Assembly: GCA_903893135.1 (NCBI GenBank)
Contig: CAITLA010000065.1
Span: 1 to 50,329 of the forward strand
Direction of reading: 5' to 3'
DNA length: 50,329 nucleotides
Source: an uncultured Syntrophaceae bacterium
GTDB taxonomy: Bacteria > Desulfobacterota > Syntrophia > Syntrophales > UBA2185
The notes under the pieces were generated by a model. The model was not told where the DNA came from, did not search any database, and was given only the letters and a program-made list of their open reading frames with translations. Numbering within the stretch: the first letter of the stretch is position 1; every line of letters begins with the position of its first letter. The position numbers were made by a program, and so were the translations under genes. This document shows, in pieces, positions 17,666-27,800 of this stretch.

Positions 17666-19000
17666 ATGAGTCAAAAACTGGTTATTGTAGGAGGAGGCGC
17701 GGCAGGCCCGTCTACGGCTGCCGAGGCCAAAAGACGGAACCCTTCTCTTGAAGTGACGATGATTGAGAAGGGTGACTTCGTATCTTATGCGGCCTGACCG
17801 ATGCCTTATTACATCGGTGATGTAATCAAAGAGTCAAAGAAGCTCGTTATCCGCACGCCGGAAGATTTCAAGAAGACGGGCATCGACGTAAAGATCAAGA
17901 CGCGCGTGGATGGTATCGATCCAAAAAAAGGTTCTCTTTCTTTATCCGACGGCACGCTTCTTCCTTACGATGTCCTGGTCATGGCGACAGGGGCCGAAGC
18001 GATCCGCCTGGATATTACGGGCGGAGACCTGGAAGGCGTCTACGTCTTGAGGAATCTAACCGATGCCTTGAAGATGAAAGCCTACCTGAACGAAAAAGGC
18101 TGCAAGAAGGCAGTTCTGATCGGGGCAGGCTATATCGGCATGGAGATGTGCGAGGCCCTGAGAAACCTGGGAATCGAAGTGAAGGTCATGGACATCCTGC
18201 CCCGGCCGGCCATTCGATGGGACTCAGAATTCACGAAGATGATAGTGGAAGAGCTGGCCAAGACCCAGGTGGAGTTCCGTCCGGAGACGAAACCTCAGGC
18301 CATCGAAAAGGGAAAGGATTACCGCTTGAAACTGCAAACCAGCGGCGGCGAACTGGATGCCGATCTCGTGCTGATGGGGGTGGGCACAAAGCGGAGCGCC
18401 GTGCTTGCCGAATCCATGGGACTTGCATTAGGGGAAAGCGGCGCCATCAAGGTGGATTTCCGGCAAAAGACATCCCGGGAAGGGGTCTATGCGGTGGGAG
18501 ACTGCTGTGAGGTCTTCCACAAGGTCGCCGGAAGATGGGTCTATTTTCCTCTCGGCGATGTCGCCAACAAGCAGGGCCGTGTAGCCGGTCAGAATATCGG
18601 CGGTTATCCGGCGGAATTTCCGGGCATCGTGGGCGCCCAGGCCTTCAAGGTCTTCAACTTGGAGGTGGCCGCCACGGGACTGACGGAAGAGGAAGCCGCA
18701 AAATACGGGTTCCAGCCTGTGAGTGCCATGATCTGGGGTCTTCCCGTAGGCCGTCCCATGGCTAAGGGGGAAAAGCTGGGCGTAAAACTTGTAGGAGACA
18801 AGACGACGGGGAAACTTCTCGGCGGCCAGTGCATCGGTGAGAAAGGAGCCGTTCAGAGGGTCAGCAGCCTTTCTGTCGCCCTGTGGGCGGGACTCTCCGT
18901 GGATGAGGTCGGCTACCTTGATCTCCCATACGCTCCGCCCTTCGGAGGCGCCTGGGACGCCATCCATATCGCGGCCCAGTCTCTCAAGGGCAAGATGTAA
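17666..19000 (+). CDS. NADH oxidase / CoA-disulfide reductase-like flavoprotein with UGA (probable selenocysteine) at the redox-Cys position
   Basis: The ATG at 17666 has GGGGAGG 7 nt upstream. The product begins MSQKLVIVGGGAAGPS...FVSYAA-[TGA 17795-17797]-PMPYYIG and continues in frame into the track ORF 17801-19000. The TGA aligns with the Cys of SYGACGLPYY in the paralog at 1333-3024. The FAD-binding GxGxxG exists only if the TGA is decoded. The total length is 444 aa. Confidence 0.8.
17808..17826 (+). promoter_or_regulatory. SECIS-like hairpin downstream of UGA 17795
   Basis: ATTACAT (17808-17814) pairs with ATGTAAT (17820-17826) around a CGGUG loop. This 7-bp stem starts 10 nt after the UGA. 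Confidence 0.6.
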
Positions 19001-19066
19001 ATCGGGTAAGCATTGAAAGAATTTTTCCGAGCGTATTAGGCTCGATACTAATGAGAGGGATCGAAG

Positions 19067-19390
19067 TTGGCATTAGAGAACGATCCGGGATTGGAGACAA
19101 TAGCCGTCAAGATCGGACGTGAGGCGCGGAGAAGCTACAGGGGTCTGGGCGGCACATTCGCGAGTTTTGTGTATTGCTGTCTTGACAAAAAAATCGTGCC
19201 GGGTTTTCACGAAAAAGGTCTCATTGCTGAAGCTAAACTGAAGGAAGGAGACCTGCTGCTTGTATTATCCGGAAAGATGACCGAGACCGAATTGATGGAA
19301 TTCATGGACATTGCCTTAGAGAATATCGGGGCATTTACCAGCTTAGAGGCCGAGGCAAAATATATAATAGACGTCAAGTCTAAAGAATAA
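19067..19390 (+). CDS. hypothetical 107-aa protein (TTG start)
   Basis: An ORF lying between the Sec-flavoprotein gene and abfD copy 2, with GAGAGGGA upstream of the TTG. No family recognised. Confidence 0.4.
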   Translation: MALENDPGLETIAVKIGREARRSYRGLGGTFASFVYCCLDKKIVPGFHEKGLIAEAKLKEGDLLLVLSGKMTETELMEFMDIALENIGAFTSLEAEAKYIIDVKSKE

Positions 19391-19408
19391 ACTAATTCGG
19401 AGGATATT

Positions 19409-20860
19409 ATGGCATTAAAAACTTCAAAGGAGTATCTGGAGAGCGTAAAGAAGCTTGCGCCCCGTGTCTATTGCGGGGGGAAATGGGTGAAGGGTCTGCT
19501 CAACAATAAAATTACGCGTTCCATGGTCATGGCGAACGCGGCGATTTACGAGCTCGCTGAAGACCCGAAAAACACGGAAATCATGGTCGGTACCTCCCAC
19601 CTCACGGGAGAGCCCATCAACCGCAACCTTAACGTAGCACGCAACATCCACGACCTTGATATGCGGCAGGAGATGGCCCTCTTGACGAGCCAGACAGTGG
19701 GGACCTGCAACTACCGCTGCGTAGGTTGCGATGCCCTCAACAGCCTTGCCTCCACGACGTGGGAGATGGACCGGGATCTGAAAACGAAATATAATGAAAG
19801 ATTCAACAAGTGGCTTGCATTTGCACAGGCCAACGACCTGGCAGTATCCGGGGCAATAACAGATGCAAAAGGAGATAGGAAAAAGAGGCCTTCCCAGCAG
19901 GACGAGCCCGATACATTCGTTCACCTCGTCGAAAAACGGGAGGACGGGATCGTAGTCCGGGGGATCAAGGTGAGCCAGAGCGGCGCCATAGGGTCGCATG
20001 AAACTCTCGTTCTTCCAGGCGGCGCCTTGAGAGAAGGCGAAGAAGCCTTCGCCCTGGCCTTCGCCGTTCAGAACGGTGCACCGGGGCTTACTTACATCTG
20101 CCAGTACAATGCCTACTCGGCAGAGCGGGAATTTTGTGAAGAGGAAGCCGAGATTGGAAATCCCGTCTTCGGACAGAGGGAAACTTCGACGATGGTTTTT
20201 GACAACGTCTTCATTCCCTGGGAGCGGGTTTTCCTCTGCGGCGAGACGAAGTTCTGCGGGAAAATGGTCACCCGGTTCGCCAAGGCCCACCGCATGAACT
20301 GCGGCGGGGCCTGCAAGGTGGGATTCGCCGACCTGATTATCGGAGGCACCGTGCTTGCCGCCGAATACACCGGTGTGGACAAAGTCCCTCACATCCAGGA
20401 GAAGATCATTGATATGGTCCGCCTGAGCGAGACCTCCCACGCCTGCGCCATCGCGGCGGCCATGCGGGGAAGGGAAGAACCCAAGGGATCTGGCGTCTTT
20501 CTGCCGGATGATCTCTTCGGCAACGCCGCCAAGCTGAACATCGCCCACGGATTCTGGGAAATCATCAAGAACGCCGGAGATATCGGCGGCGGCTTGGTGG
20601 TGACCATGCCGAGGTTGAAGGATCTGGAAGACCCGGAGGTCGGTCCCATGCTGAAAAAGGCTTTCGCGGCTGCAGCCCCGGCGGACAAGCGCCTCAAGGT
20701 CGCCAAGTTCCTGCAGCACTGGGCAGCTGGTCTGCATGGCACGGGTACCTGGCACGGCGCTGGCGCTCCCCAGACACAGCGGTTCATGATCTCTGTGCTT
20801 ACGGACTTTGAAGCCAAGAAGAAGATGGCTAAAAAGATCATGGGCATGAAGGAAGAATAA
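19409..20860 (+). CDS. abfD: 4-hydroxybutyryl-CoA dehydratase / vinylacetyl-CoA isomerase family protein (copy 2)
   Basis: The 483-aa ORF begins MALKTSKEYLESVKK and has a Cys cluster CNYRCVGC. It is colinear with copy 1 and the same length. GGAGG lies upstream of the start. Confidence 0.8.
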   Translation: MALKTSKEYLESVKKLAPRVYCGGKWVKGLLNNKITRSMVMANAAIYELAEDPKNTEIMVGTSHLTGEPINRNLNVARNIHDLDMRQEMALLTSQTVGTCNYRCVGCDALNSLASTTWEMDRDLKTKYNERFNKWLAFAQANDLAVSGAITDAKGDRKKRPSQQDEPDTFVHLVEKREDGIVVRGIKVSQSGAIGSHETLVLPGGALREGEEAFALAFAVQNGAPGLTYICQYNAYSAEREFCEEEAEIGNPVFGQRETSTMVFDNVFIPWERVFLCGETKFCGKMVTRFAKAHRMNCGGACKVGFADLIIGGTVLAAEYTGVDKVPHIQEKIIDMVRLSETSHACAIAAAMRGREEPKGSGVFLPDDLFGNAAKLNIAHGFWEIIKNAGDIGGGLVVTMPRLKDLEDPEVGPMLKKAFAAAAPADKRLKVAKFLQHWAAGLHGTGTWHGAGAPQTQRFMISVLTDFEAKKKMAKKIMGMKEE

Positions 20861-20880
20861 TCAAGGAGAGCAAACGAAGA

Positions 20881-20914
20881 AGAAAGAGGCGAGGCGACAA
20901 CCTTGCCTCTTTCT
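20881..20914 (+). terminator. rho-independent terminator-like hairpin
   Basis: AGAAAGAGGCGAGG (20881-20894) pairs with CCTTGCCTCTTTCT (20901-20914) around a 6-nt loop. T-rich sequence follows. Confidence 0.65.
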
Positions 20915-21045
20915 TATCTTGTCGGACTGAAATGCGGGATGTTTGTGTCAGGATGAATAAGCTACTAAGGGCTGAACTACTTCCTTGCACTTTTTCTGTT
21001 TCAGCCCCGTGCATGCGACATTATTTTAGTTTGACGGAGATATGA

Positions 21046-21609
21046 ATGAAACCCGCCATTGTTATCGTCGACATGCTTAAGGACTCATTGGAAGCTGAAC
21101 CGGGCTTTCCGATTACCCCTCTTGCCTGTGACATATGCCCGAATATCAACCGTCTCACGGAATTCGCCCGGGGCAGGTCCATGCCGGTGATTTTTTCCAT
21201 GGACAGTTTTTTGAAAGGCGACTTCATCTTCGGCGGAAAGATGAAAGAGCGTTCCATTCGCGGGACAAGGGACGCGGAGGTAACGGAGCTGCTGATTCAA
21301 GCTCCGACGGATATTTACAGCCCCAAGCGCAGGTTCAGCGCCTTCTACAAAACGGACATGGATCAGATTCTCAGACTGCACGGAGTGGACACGGTTGTGA
21401 TCTGCGGCATAAGCACCCACTGGTGCGTCCTCATTACCGCCCTTGACGCCCTGTCTAATGACTTCCAGGCTTATATCCTCGAAGACTGCTGCGCCGCCTT
21501 CACCAGGGAAATTCATGAAACGACATTGAACCTATACCGCAACAACCCGCTTTATCCCCTTTTCAAAATTATGACGTCGGTTGAGTTTATGAAGAAAGTG
21601 CATACATAA
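21046..21609 (+). CDS. isochorismatase-family cysteine hydrolase
   Basis: The 187-aa ORF has an N-terminal AIVIVDMLKD stretch and the catalytic Cys context VVICGISTHWCV. Confidence 0.85.
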   Translation: MKPAIVIVDMLKDSLEAEPGFPITPLACDICPNINRLTEFARGRSMPVIFSMDSFLKGDFIFGGKMKERSIRGTRDAEVTELLIQAPTDIYSPKRRFSAFYKTDMDQILRLHGVDTVVICGISTHWCVLITALDALSNDFQAYILEDCCAAFTREIHETTLNLYRNNPLYPLFKIMTSVEFMKKVHT

Positions 21610-21662
21610 TCTTTCATCTGAACAGGGAATTTGAAAACCGGAATTATAAAGGAGGAAATACC

Positions 21663-22367
21663 ATGAGCACACCCACAATGCTGGAGAAGGCGTTTCACGT
21701 CATCATGAAACGTATGGTAGAAACCGGGCAGGCGCCCTATTACACGGAACTTGCCGCTGAACTCGGGCTTCCCGTTGAGGAAGGCCGGAAGGTCACGCAC
21801 GATCTGTTCTCCTCGGGAATCCCCGCGTGGCTGTATCCCCGCACCGACCACATCGTCTCCTTCGCTCCCTTCAACAACCTTCCGACCCAATATCGAATCA
21901 CCATCGACGGTCAGCAGAAATGGTTCGGCCAGTGAGCATTCGAATCGCTGGCGGTCTGCTGGCTATTCCCTGGCAAGGCAGTGACGGTGGATTTCCCCTG
22001 TCTGGACTGCGGTGAACCTCTCAGTGTGGTCATCCGGGACGGGACGGTTCTGAACGACGAAGCCTCAGGGTACACGGCCTATGTAGCCGTACCCTTCTGG
22101 AAATGGTTTGAAGACCCGGGTTATGCTTGAAGCACCATGAATCTCTTCCGGTCGGAAGAGCACGCCCGCAACTGGAAGTCCTTTGTCCAAGGCACCGACG
22201 ATGGCATCCTGTCCTTGGCCGATCTGCGCAAACTATTCTCCGGGCCTTTCTTCAGGCGGCGGATGGATAAGGACTATTTGTCACACATGCATGAATATGC
22301 CCGCGAGATGGTCCAGGGCATGAAAGAAATTGGCAAGACCGGTCCGTTCTGGAAAAAGCCAAAGTAA
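21663..22367 (+). CDS. organomercurial lyase (MerB)-like protein with two in-frame UGA codons (probable double selenoprotein)
   Basis: Track ORFs 21663-21935 and 22137-22367 are in the same frame. The stretch between them has no other stop. The only interruptions are TGA 21933-21935 and TGA 22128-22130. The first context, KWFGQ-U-AFESL, aligns with MerB YAW-C96-ALD99-TL. The second, GYA-U-STMNLFRSEEHARNW, aligns with SF-C159-CHVHFFASVPTAEDW. The total is 234 aa against about 212 for MerB. Confidence 0.75.
21947..21963 (+). promoter_or_regulatory. SECIS-like hairpin after first UGA of merB-like gene
   Basis: GCUGGC (21947-21952) pairs with GCUGGC (21958-21963), using two G-U pairs, around a GGUCU loop. 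The stem starts 11 nt after the UGA. Confidence 0.5.
22143..22160 (+). promoter_or_regulatory. SECIS-like hairpin after second UGA of merB-like gene
   Basis: CUCUUCC (22143-22149) pairs perfectly with GGAAGAG (22154-22160) around a GGUC loop. The stem starts 12 nt after the UGA. As I recall it, the E. coli fdhF SECIS has the same apical loop sequence. Confidence 0.7.
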
Positions 22368-22402
22368 TGCGGCCTTGCGCCGTGACAGGAAGTGACTTTT
22401 GC

Positions 22403-22440
22403 AACCCCGCCCGCCGCAGTGAGCGGGGTTTTGTTTCTTT
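22403..22440 (+). terminator. rho-independent terminator
   Basis: AACCCCGC (22403-22410) pairs with GCGGGGTT (22423-22430), followed by TTGTTTCTTT. Confidence 0.7.
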
Positions 22441-22571
22441 CACCTACAACTCCTCAACATTTGACAGTCGTCTTAATTGAAGATTACGAATAGAAAGAGG
22501 GTAACGACGCGGCTATGGGGAGCACGGCCTTATTGCGCTTCCCTACCAGCAGCATGTTATGTGCCGAGTAT

Positions 22572-22955
22572 TTATTTCGCCTCATCAACCATCTTGATGG
22601 TTATTTCCTCAACCTCTTTAGCAACCTGCGCCAAGGCTGCATCCTGAGATAGGGCCGAAAGTATTTGCGTCGGTTTAATAAGGCCGATCATCGTCTTGCC
22701 CTTCTCCGTAAACACCGAGATACGACACGGCAGCGCCAAATTGAGGCGCATGTCATTTGCCAGAACTTTTGCAGCATGCCCCGGATTGCAGATTTCAAAA
22801 ATCTTGCACTGCTCTTCAAATGTAATGCCCTTACTGCGCAGCGTACTCCCCAAGTCATGAACATGCAGCACTCCGAAACCATTACGTTTGACTGCTGTTT
22901 CAAGGTCTGCCGATGCTTGATCGAATGATTTGCCGGTTTCGACTATGTAATACAT
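22572..22955 (-). CDS. DUF302 domain-containing protein
   Basis: The 127-aa ORF has the typical DUF302 layout (FGVLHVHDLGSTL...CNPGHA...LALPCRISV). Confidence 0.75.
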   Translation of the reverse strand: MYYIVETGKSFDQASADLETAVKRNGFGVLHVHDLGSTLRSKGITFEEQCKIFEICNPGHAAKVLANDMRLNLALPCRISVFTEKGKTMIGLIKPTQILSALSQDAALAQVAKEVEEITIKMVDEAK

Positions 22956-23438
22956 GCAACACCTCCATTAACTGTATTCGCCACATAACATTTAATATAC
23001 TTGGTTGGTTTTTTCCGATATTCGCTACTTTCATACGCTGTTTAAGTAAAAATGAAAAGAGAAAAGTGCCTAAAAATCAAACGAAATGAACTTTTGCTAC
23101 TTGGCATTTGGTCTTTATTACCACGAAATACCAACTTGGCAATTTATAGGAAATTTGTCCAACAGCCATCAGAATTCCTATAGCGGTGAATTATCACCGT
23201 CATAATTATTATGAAAAACATGGTCAATGATTATCGCTTGTAATTGTGTATTTTAATCGATGTTGATGATCTGTGAATTACAGGAAGAACCAGGGATATT
23301 TTCCCTTAAGGGATAATCGAACTGCCGATACCTTGCATATTTCACGCGGCATTCAGTAAATCCGCCTTTTGCGACAGGATAATACCGTGATTACTAAACC
23401 TGATATCGGTACCCACTGCGGTCTGTAGCCAAATTGTC

Positions 23439-23468
23439 TTGACATATAAGAATACGTTCAAATATACT
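23439..23468 (+). promoter_or_regulatory. candidate sigma70-type promoter of the RND operon
   Basis: TTGACA (23439-23444) is followed by an 18-nt spacer and TATACT (23463-23468). The site lies about 130 nt upstream of the adaptor gene. A 16-bp palindrome, CGGTGA-ATTA-TCACCG, at 23184-23199 could be an operator. Confidence 0.35.
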
Positions 23469-23596
23469 CCCCAGACTCAAAAGGCGGCTCTTAACAATCA
23501 TGCTGATCAATTAGATAATATGCCTATAGGAACCCGCGCAATCAATTCTGAAATTACATCTTTCCAGTCCGGGAGAGAGGCATTGAGGGATTTTTT

Positions 23597-24808
23597 ATGT
23601 CAATAAAAGATAAAAAAACAAAATTACGCCATGCTTGTATTCTTGTCGTTATAGCCGTGAGCTCGATCTCTTTCTTTATTTCAGGTTGCAATAGAGAGCA
23701 GAAAAGCAACAATCCAACCCCACCCACCGTGCAAGTTGCAGACGTCGTCCAGAAAGATGTCCCCATGTATTCTGAATGGATCGGCACTACTGACGGCATG
23801 GTAAATGCCGTGATCCGTGCCCAGGTTCAGGGCTACCTCATCAAGCAGAACTATCATGAAGGCGATTTCGTCAGGAAGGGGCAGATCCTCTTCGAGATTG
23901 ATCAGCGCACTTTTCAGGCTGCCCTTGATCAGGTTAAAGGGCAACTGGGCGAGCAGAAGGCGCGGTGGTCTACGGCCAAAGCAAATCTGACCAGAATTAT
24001 ACCGCTCGCGGAACAAAATGCCGTCAGCAAAAAAGACCTGGATGATGCTACAGGGCAAGAACAGGCAGCTCATGCCGCAGTGATTTCTGCAGAGGCAGTG
24101 GTTGAGAAAGCCAGGCTGGACATTGACTTCACAAAGATCGTTTCCCCTATTGGCGGCATCGCCGGCATCGCCAAGACACAGATCGGGAACCTTGTCGGCC
24201 CTGGAGTGATAGAGGAACTGACAACGGTCTCCACAGTGGACCCTATCAAGGTCTATATTTCCGTTGGCGAGCAGGAATATCTCATAGCTACGGGCAAAGG
24301 CCGGAACGGTTTTAAAGACAACCCTCTGGAGATGATCCTCTCCGATGGAAGTGTTTATCCTCATAAGGGGAAGTTCACCCTTGCCGACCGCCAGGTGGAC
24401 GTGAAGACAGGAACCATCAGGGTGGCAGCCATCTTCAAGAATCCCGGTAATAATCTGCGCCCCGGGCAATTTGCCAAGATTCGCGCCAGGATCAAGATCA
24501 AAAACGCACTGCTGGTACCCCAGCGGGCGGTCATGGAGCTTCAGGGCAGTTATCGGATTGCAGTGGTGGATGCGAATAACAAAGTGGAGATACGGCCCGT
24601 CAAGGTGGCTGAACGTGTTGATGACATGTGGGTAATTGATGAAGGGCTGAAGGCCGGAGAACGGGTCGTGGCGGAAGGCGTCCAGAAGGTCAGGGAGGGC
24701 ATAATCGTAAATCCAATTCCCTATGGATCCGTACCCCAGTCAGCGACCGATCAGGCGAAAAAGGCCGAGGCAACGCCGCCGGCTCAACCCCAGGCGGAGA
24801 AGAGGTAG
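23597..24808 (+). CDS. RND efflux periplasmic adaptor (membrane fusion) lipoprotein
   Basis: The 403-aa ORF has a lipobox (FFISGC) and AcrA/MexA-like coiled-coil and barrel segments. It lies directly upstream of the RND pump gene. Confidence 0.9.
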   Translation: MSIKDKKTKLRHACILVVIAVSSISFFISGCNREQKSNNPTPPTVQVADVVQKDVPMYSEWIGTTDGMVNAVIRAQVQGYLIKQNYHEGDFVRKGQILFEIDQRTFQAALDQVKGQLGEQKARWSTAKANLTRIIPLAEQNAVSKKDLDDATGQEQAAHAAVISAEAVVEKARLDIDFTKIVSPIGGIAGIAKTQIGNLVGPGVIEELTTVSTVDPIKVYISVGEQEYLIATGKGRNGFKDNPLEMILSDGSVYPHKGKFTLADRQVDVKTGTIRVAAIFKNPGNNLRPGQFAKIRARIKIKNALLVPQRAVMELQGSYRIAVVDANNKVEIRPVKVAERVDDMWVIDEGLKAGERVVAEGVQKVREGIIVNPIPYGSVPQSATDQAKKAEATPPAQPQAEKR

Positions 24809-24814
24809 ACCGGC

Positions 24815-27800
24815 GTGGCGAAGTTTTTTATTAACCGTCCTATCGTTGCCATGGTCATATCGATCATGTTTGTCATTCTCGGAACCGTCGCGCTCGTGCA
24901 ATTGCCCGTCTCGCAATTTCCTGAAATAGTCCCGCCGGAGATCCAGATCAACACCATGTATGTAGGCGCCGACGCGTTGACGGTGGAGCAGTCTGTTGCC
25001 ACCCCCATCGAGCAGCAGCTGAGCGGTGTGGACAACATGAATTACATGTTCTCCCTGAACTCCAACATCGGCATAATGAGGCTCATCATATCCTTTGACG
25101 TCTCGACCAATCCGAATACAGACCAGGTTCTCACTCAGATACGGCAGAATCAGGCCGAGCCGATGCTTCCGATGGACGTGCGCAATTACGGAGTCACGGT
25201 CCAGAAATCCAGGTTTGCACCGTTGATGATGTTCTCCCTGTATTCACCGAATGAAACACACGATGCCGCTTTTCTTGCAAATTACGCATACATCAATCTC
25301 AGCGACCAGTTGCTCCGCGTCCCAGGCATCGCCATGGTTTCGATCTTCGGGGCAGGCCAGTACTCCATACGCATCTGGGTCAAACCCGATACCCTGGCAA
25401 AACTCAGCATCACAGTCCCTCAGATCATCGATGCCATCCAGAAGCAGAATACGGTAAATCCGGCCGGGCAGATCGGCGCTGAGCCTTCGCCTCCCGGGCA
25501 GGAATTTACTTATGCGGTCCGCGCCCAGGGACGCCTCATCTCCGAGCAGGAATTCGGCGAGATCATTATCCGGGCAAACCCGGACGGATCTATTGTCCGC
25601 CTGAAAGACGTAGCCCGCATTGATCTTGGGACGCAGGTTTATAACATCAGGGGCAGGCTGAACGGCAAGCCTGCCGCCAATATCGCCCTATACCAGTTGC
25701 CCGGGACGAATGCGATAGCGGCTGCCAAAGGCGCCAGAAAGGTAATGGAGGAGGCCAGGGATCGCTTTCCCGCCGATTTGGACTATGCGCTCGGTCTCGA
25801 CACGACAAGGGCAATCACCGAAGGAATAAATGAGATTGTCAAGACGCTCTTCATCGCCATAATCCTCGTCATCATCGTCGTTTTCATATTTCTGCAGGGC
25901 TGGAGGCCGACCCTCATTCCAACAGTTGCAGTTCCGGTCTCCCTCGTAGGCACATTTGCCTTCTTCCCCTTTCTCGGCTTCTCAATTAATACCCTGTCCA
26001 TCTTCGGCCTGGTTCTCGCCATAGGACTGGTTGTGGATAACGCCATCATCGTGGTGGAGGCAGTGGAACGGCACATGGATGAAGGGATGGCTCCGAAAGA
26101 GGCGGCGCTCAAGACAATGGAAGAAGTATCAGGGCCGATGATAGCCATCGCGCTGGTCCTGTCCGCTGTTTTCATCCCCACAGTGTTTATACCGGGGATT
26201 ACGGGCCGGCTCTACCAGCAGTTTGCTGCGACAATCGCCATCTCGGTTCTCATCTCGACATTCAATGCGCTGTCCTTAAGCCCGGCCTTGTGCGCACTCT
26301 TGCTCAAGCCGAAGTCGGATTCGCAGGGACCGCTGGGAAAATTCTACAGCCTCTTCAACCGCGCCTTTGGCCGTGCCACCAACGGCTATGTCTCCTTATC
26401 GGGCACACTCATCCGAAAGAGCGTCCTCAGCCTTGTATTCCTTGCCGGGATCACGGTCGTTTCCGGCGGTATAAGCAAGGCGATTCCCGCAGGCTTCCTG
26501 CCGGAAGAAGATCAGGGATACATGTTCATTAATCTGGCCCTGCCCGATGCAGCCTCTCTGCAGCGTACCGACGCGGCATGCAAAAAGATTGAGGAGATCC
26601 TTGCAAACACGCCCGGAGTGAAATACTACACGACTGTCGTCGGCGTGAGCCTGCTGAGCATCGTGCAGAACACCTACAGCGGGTTCTTTTTTGTGAATCT
26701 GAAAGAGTGGAAATACCGGGAAAAGCCTGAGGAGCAGTACGAGGCAATCATGGCCCATCTCAATCGGGAACTTGGCAAATTGCCGGAAGGGGTTGCCTTT
26801 GCCTTTTCACCCCCGGCCATCCCGGGGATCGGCACCGCAGGCGGTGTAACTCTTGTTCTTGAAGACAGGGCCGGCAAGGATATACCCTACCTAGCTGAGA
26901 ACGTGAATAAATTTCTCGAGGCTGCGCGCCAGAGGCCGGAGCTGGAGCGCGTGACGACGACCTTCCTGCCCGGTGTTCCTCAGATATTCATCAATGTGGA
27001 CAGGGACAAAGTGCTCAAGCAGGGCGTCGATTTGAGACAGGTGTACCAGACTCTTCAGACCTTCATGGGGGGATACTTCGTAAATTACTTCAACCGATTC
27101 GGCCGCCAGTGGCAAGTGTATGTCCAGGCGGAGGGAGAATATCGCAACAAGGCCGAAAAGGTAGGGCAGTTCTTCGTACAAAACGAAAGAGGGGATCCCG
27201 TGCCGCTCTCGGCGGTAACGACTATTGAATCGCGCACCGGGCCCGAATTTACGATGAGGTATAACCTTTATCGCTCGGCACAGATCAACGCTACGGCCAA
27301 TCCCGGTTATAGCTCCGCTCAGGCGATGAAGGCCCTCGAAGAAGTCTTTGCCCAGACAATGCCGAGCGAAATGGGCCTCGATTATATGGGCATGAGCTTC
27401 CAGGAAAAGAAGGCGCAGGAAGGAATACCGACATACGTCATCTTCGGGTTTTCGCTCTTGTGCGTCTTTCTAATCCTTGCGGCGCTGTATGAAAGCTGGT
27501 CGCTGCCTGTCAGCGTTCTTCTGAGCACGCCCGTAGCTGTTTTCGGCGCGTTCGTGGCGATATGGCTTCGCGGCCAGGTGAACAATATCTATGCCCAGAT
27601 CGCCCTCATTGTGCTTATCGGTCTCACTGCCAAGAATGCCATCCTTATCGTTGAGTTCGCGAAAGCGAAATATGAAGAGGGGATGTCCATTACAGACGCC
27701 GCCCTCGAGGGCGCCCGGCTGAGGCTCAGGCCGATTCTTATGACATCCTTCGCGTTCCTGTTCGGCGTATTGCCCCTTGCCGTATCCACGGGAGCGGGCG

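Noticed and set aside
19424-20755. A 443-aa minus-strand ORF.
   Set aside because: It is fully antisense to the well-supported abfD copy 2. Its composition is Arg/Gly/Pro-skewed, it has no RBS, and it shows no family features. It is a shadow ORF of a GC-rich coding region.
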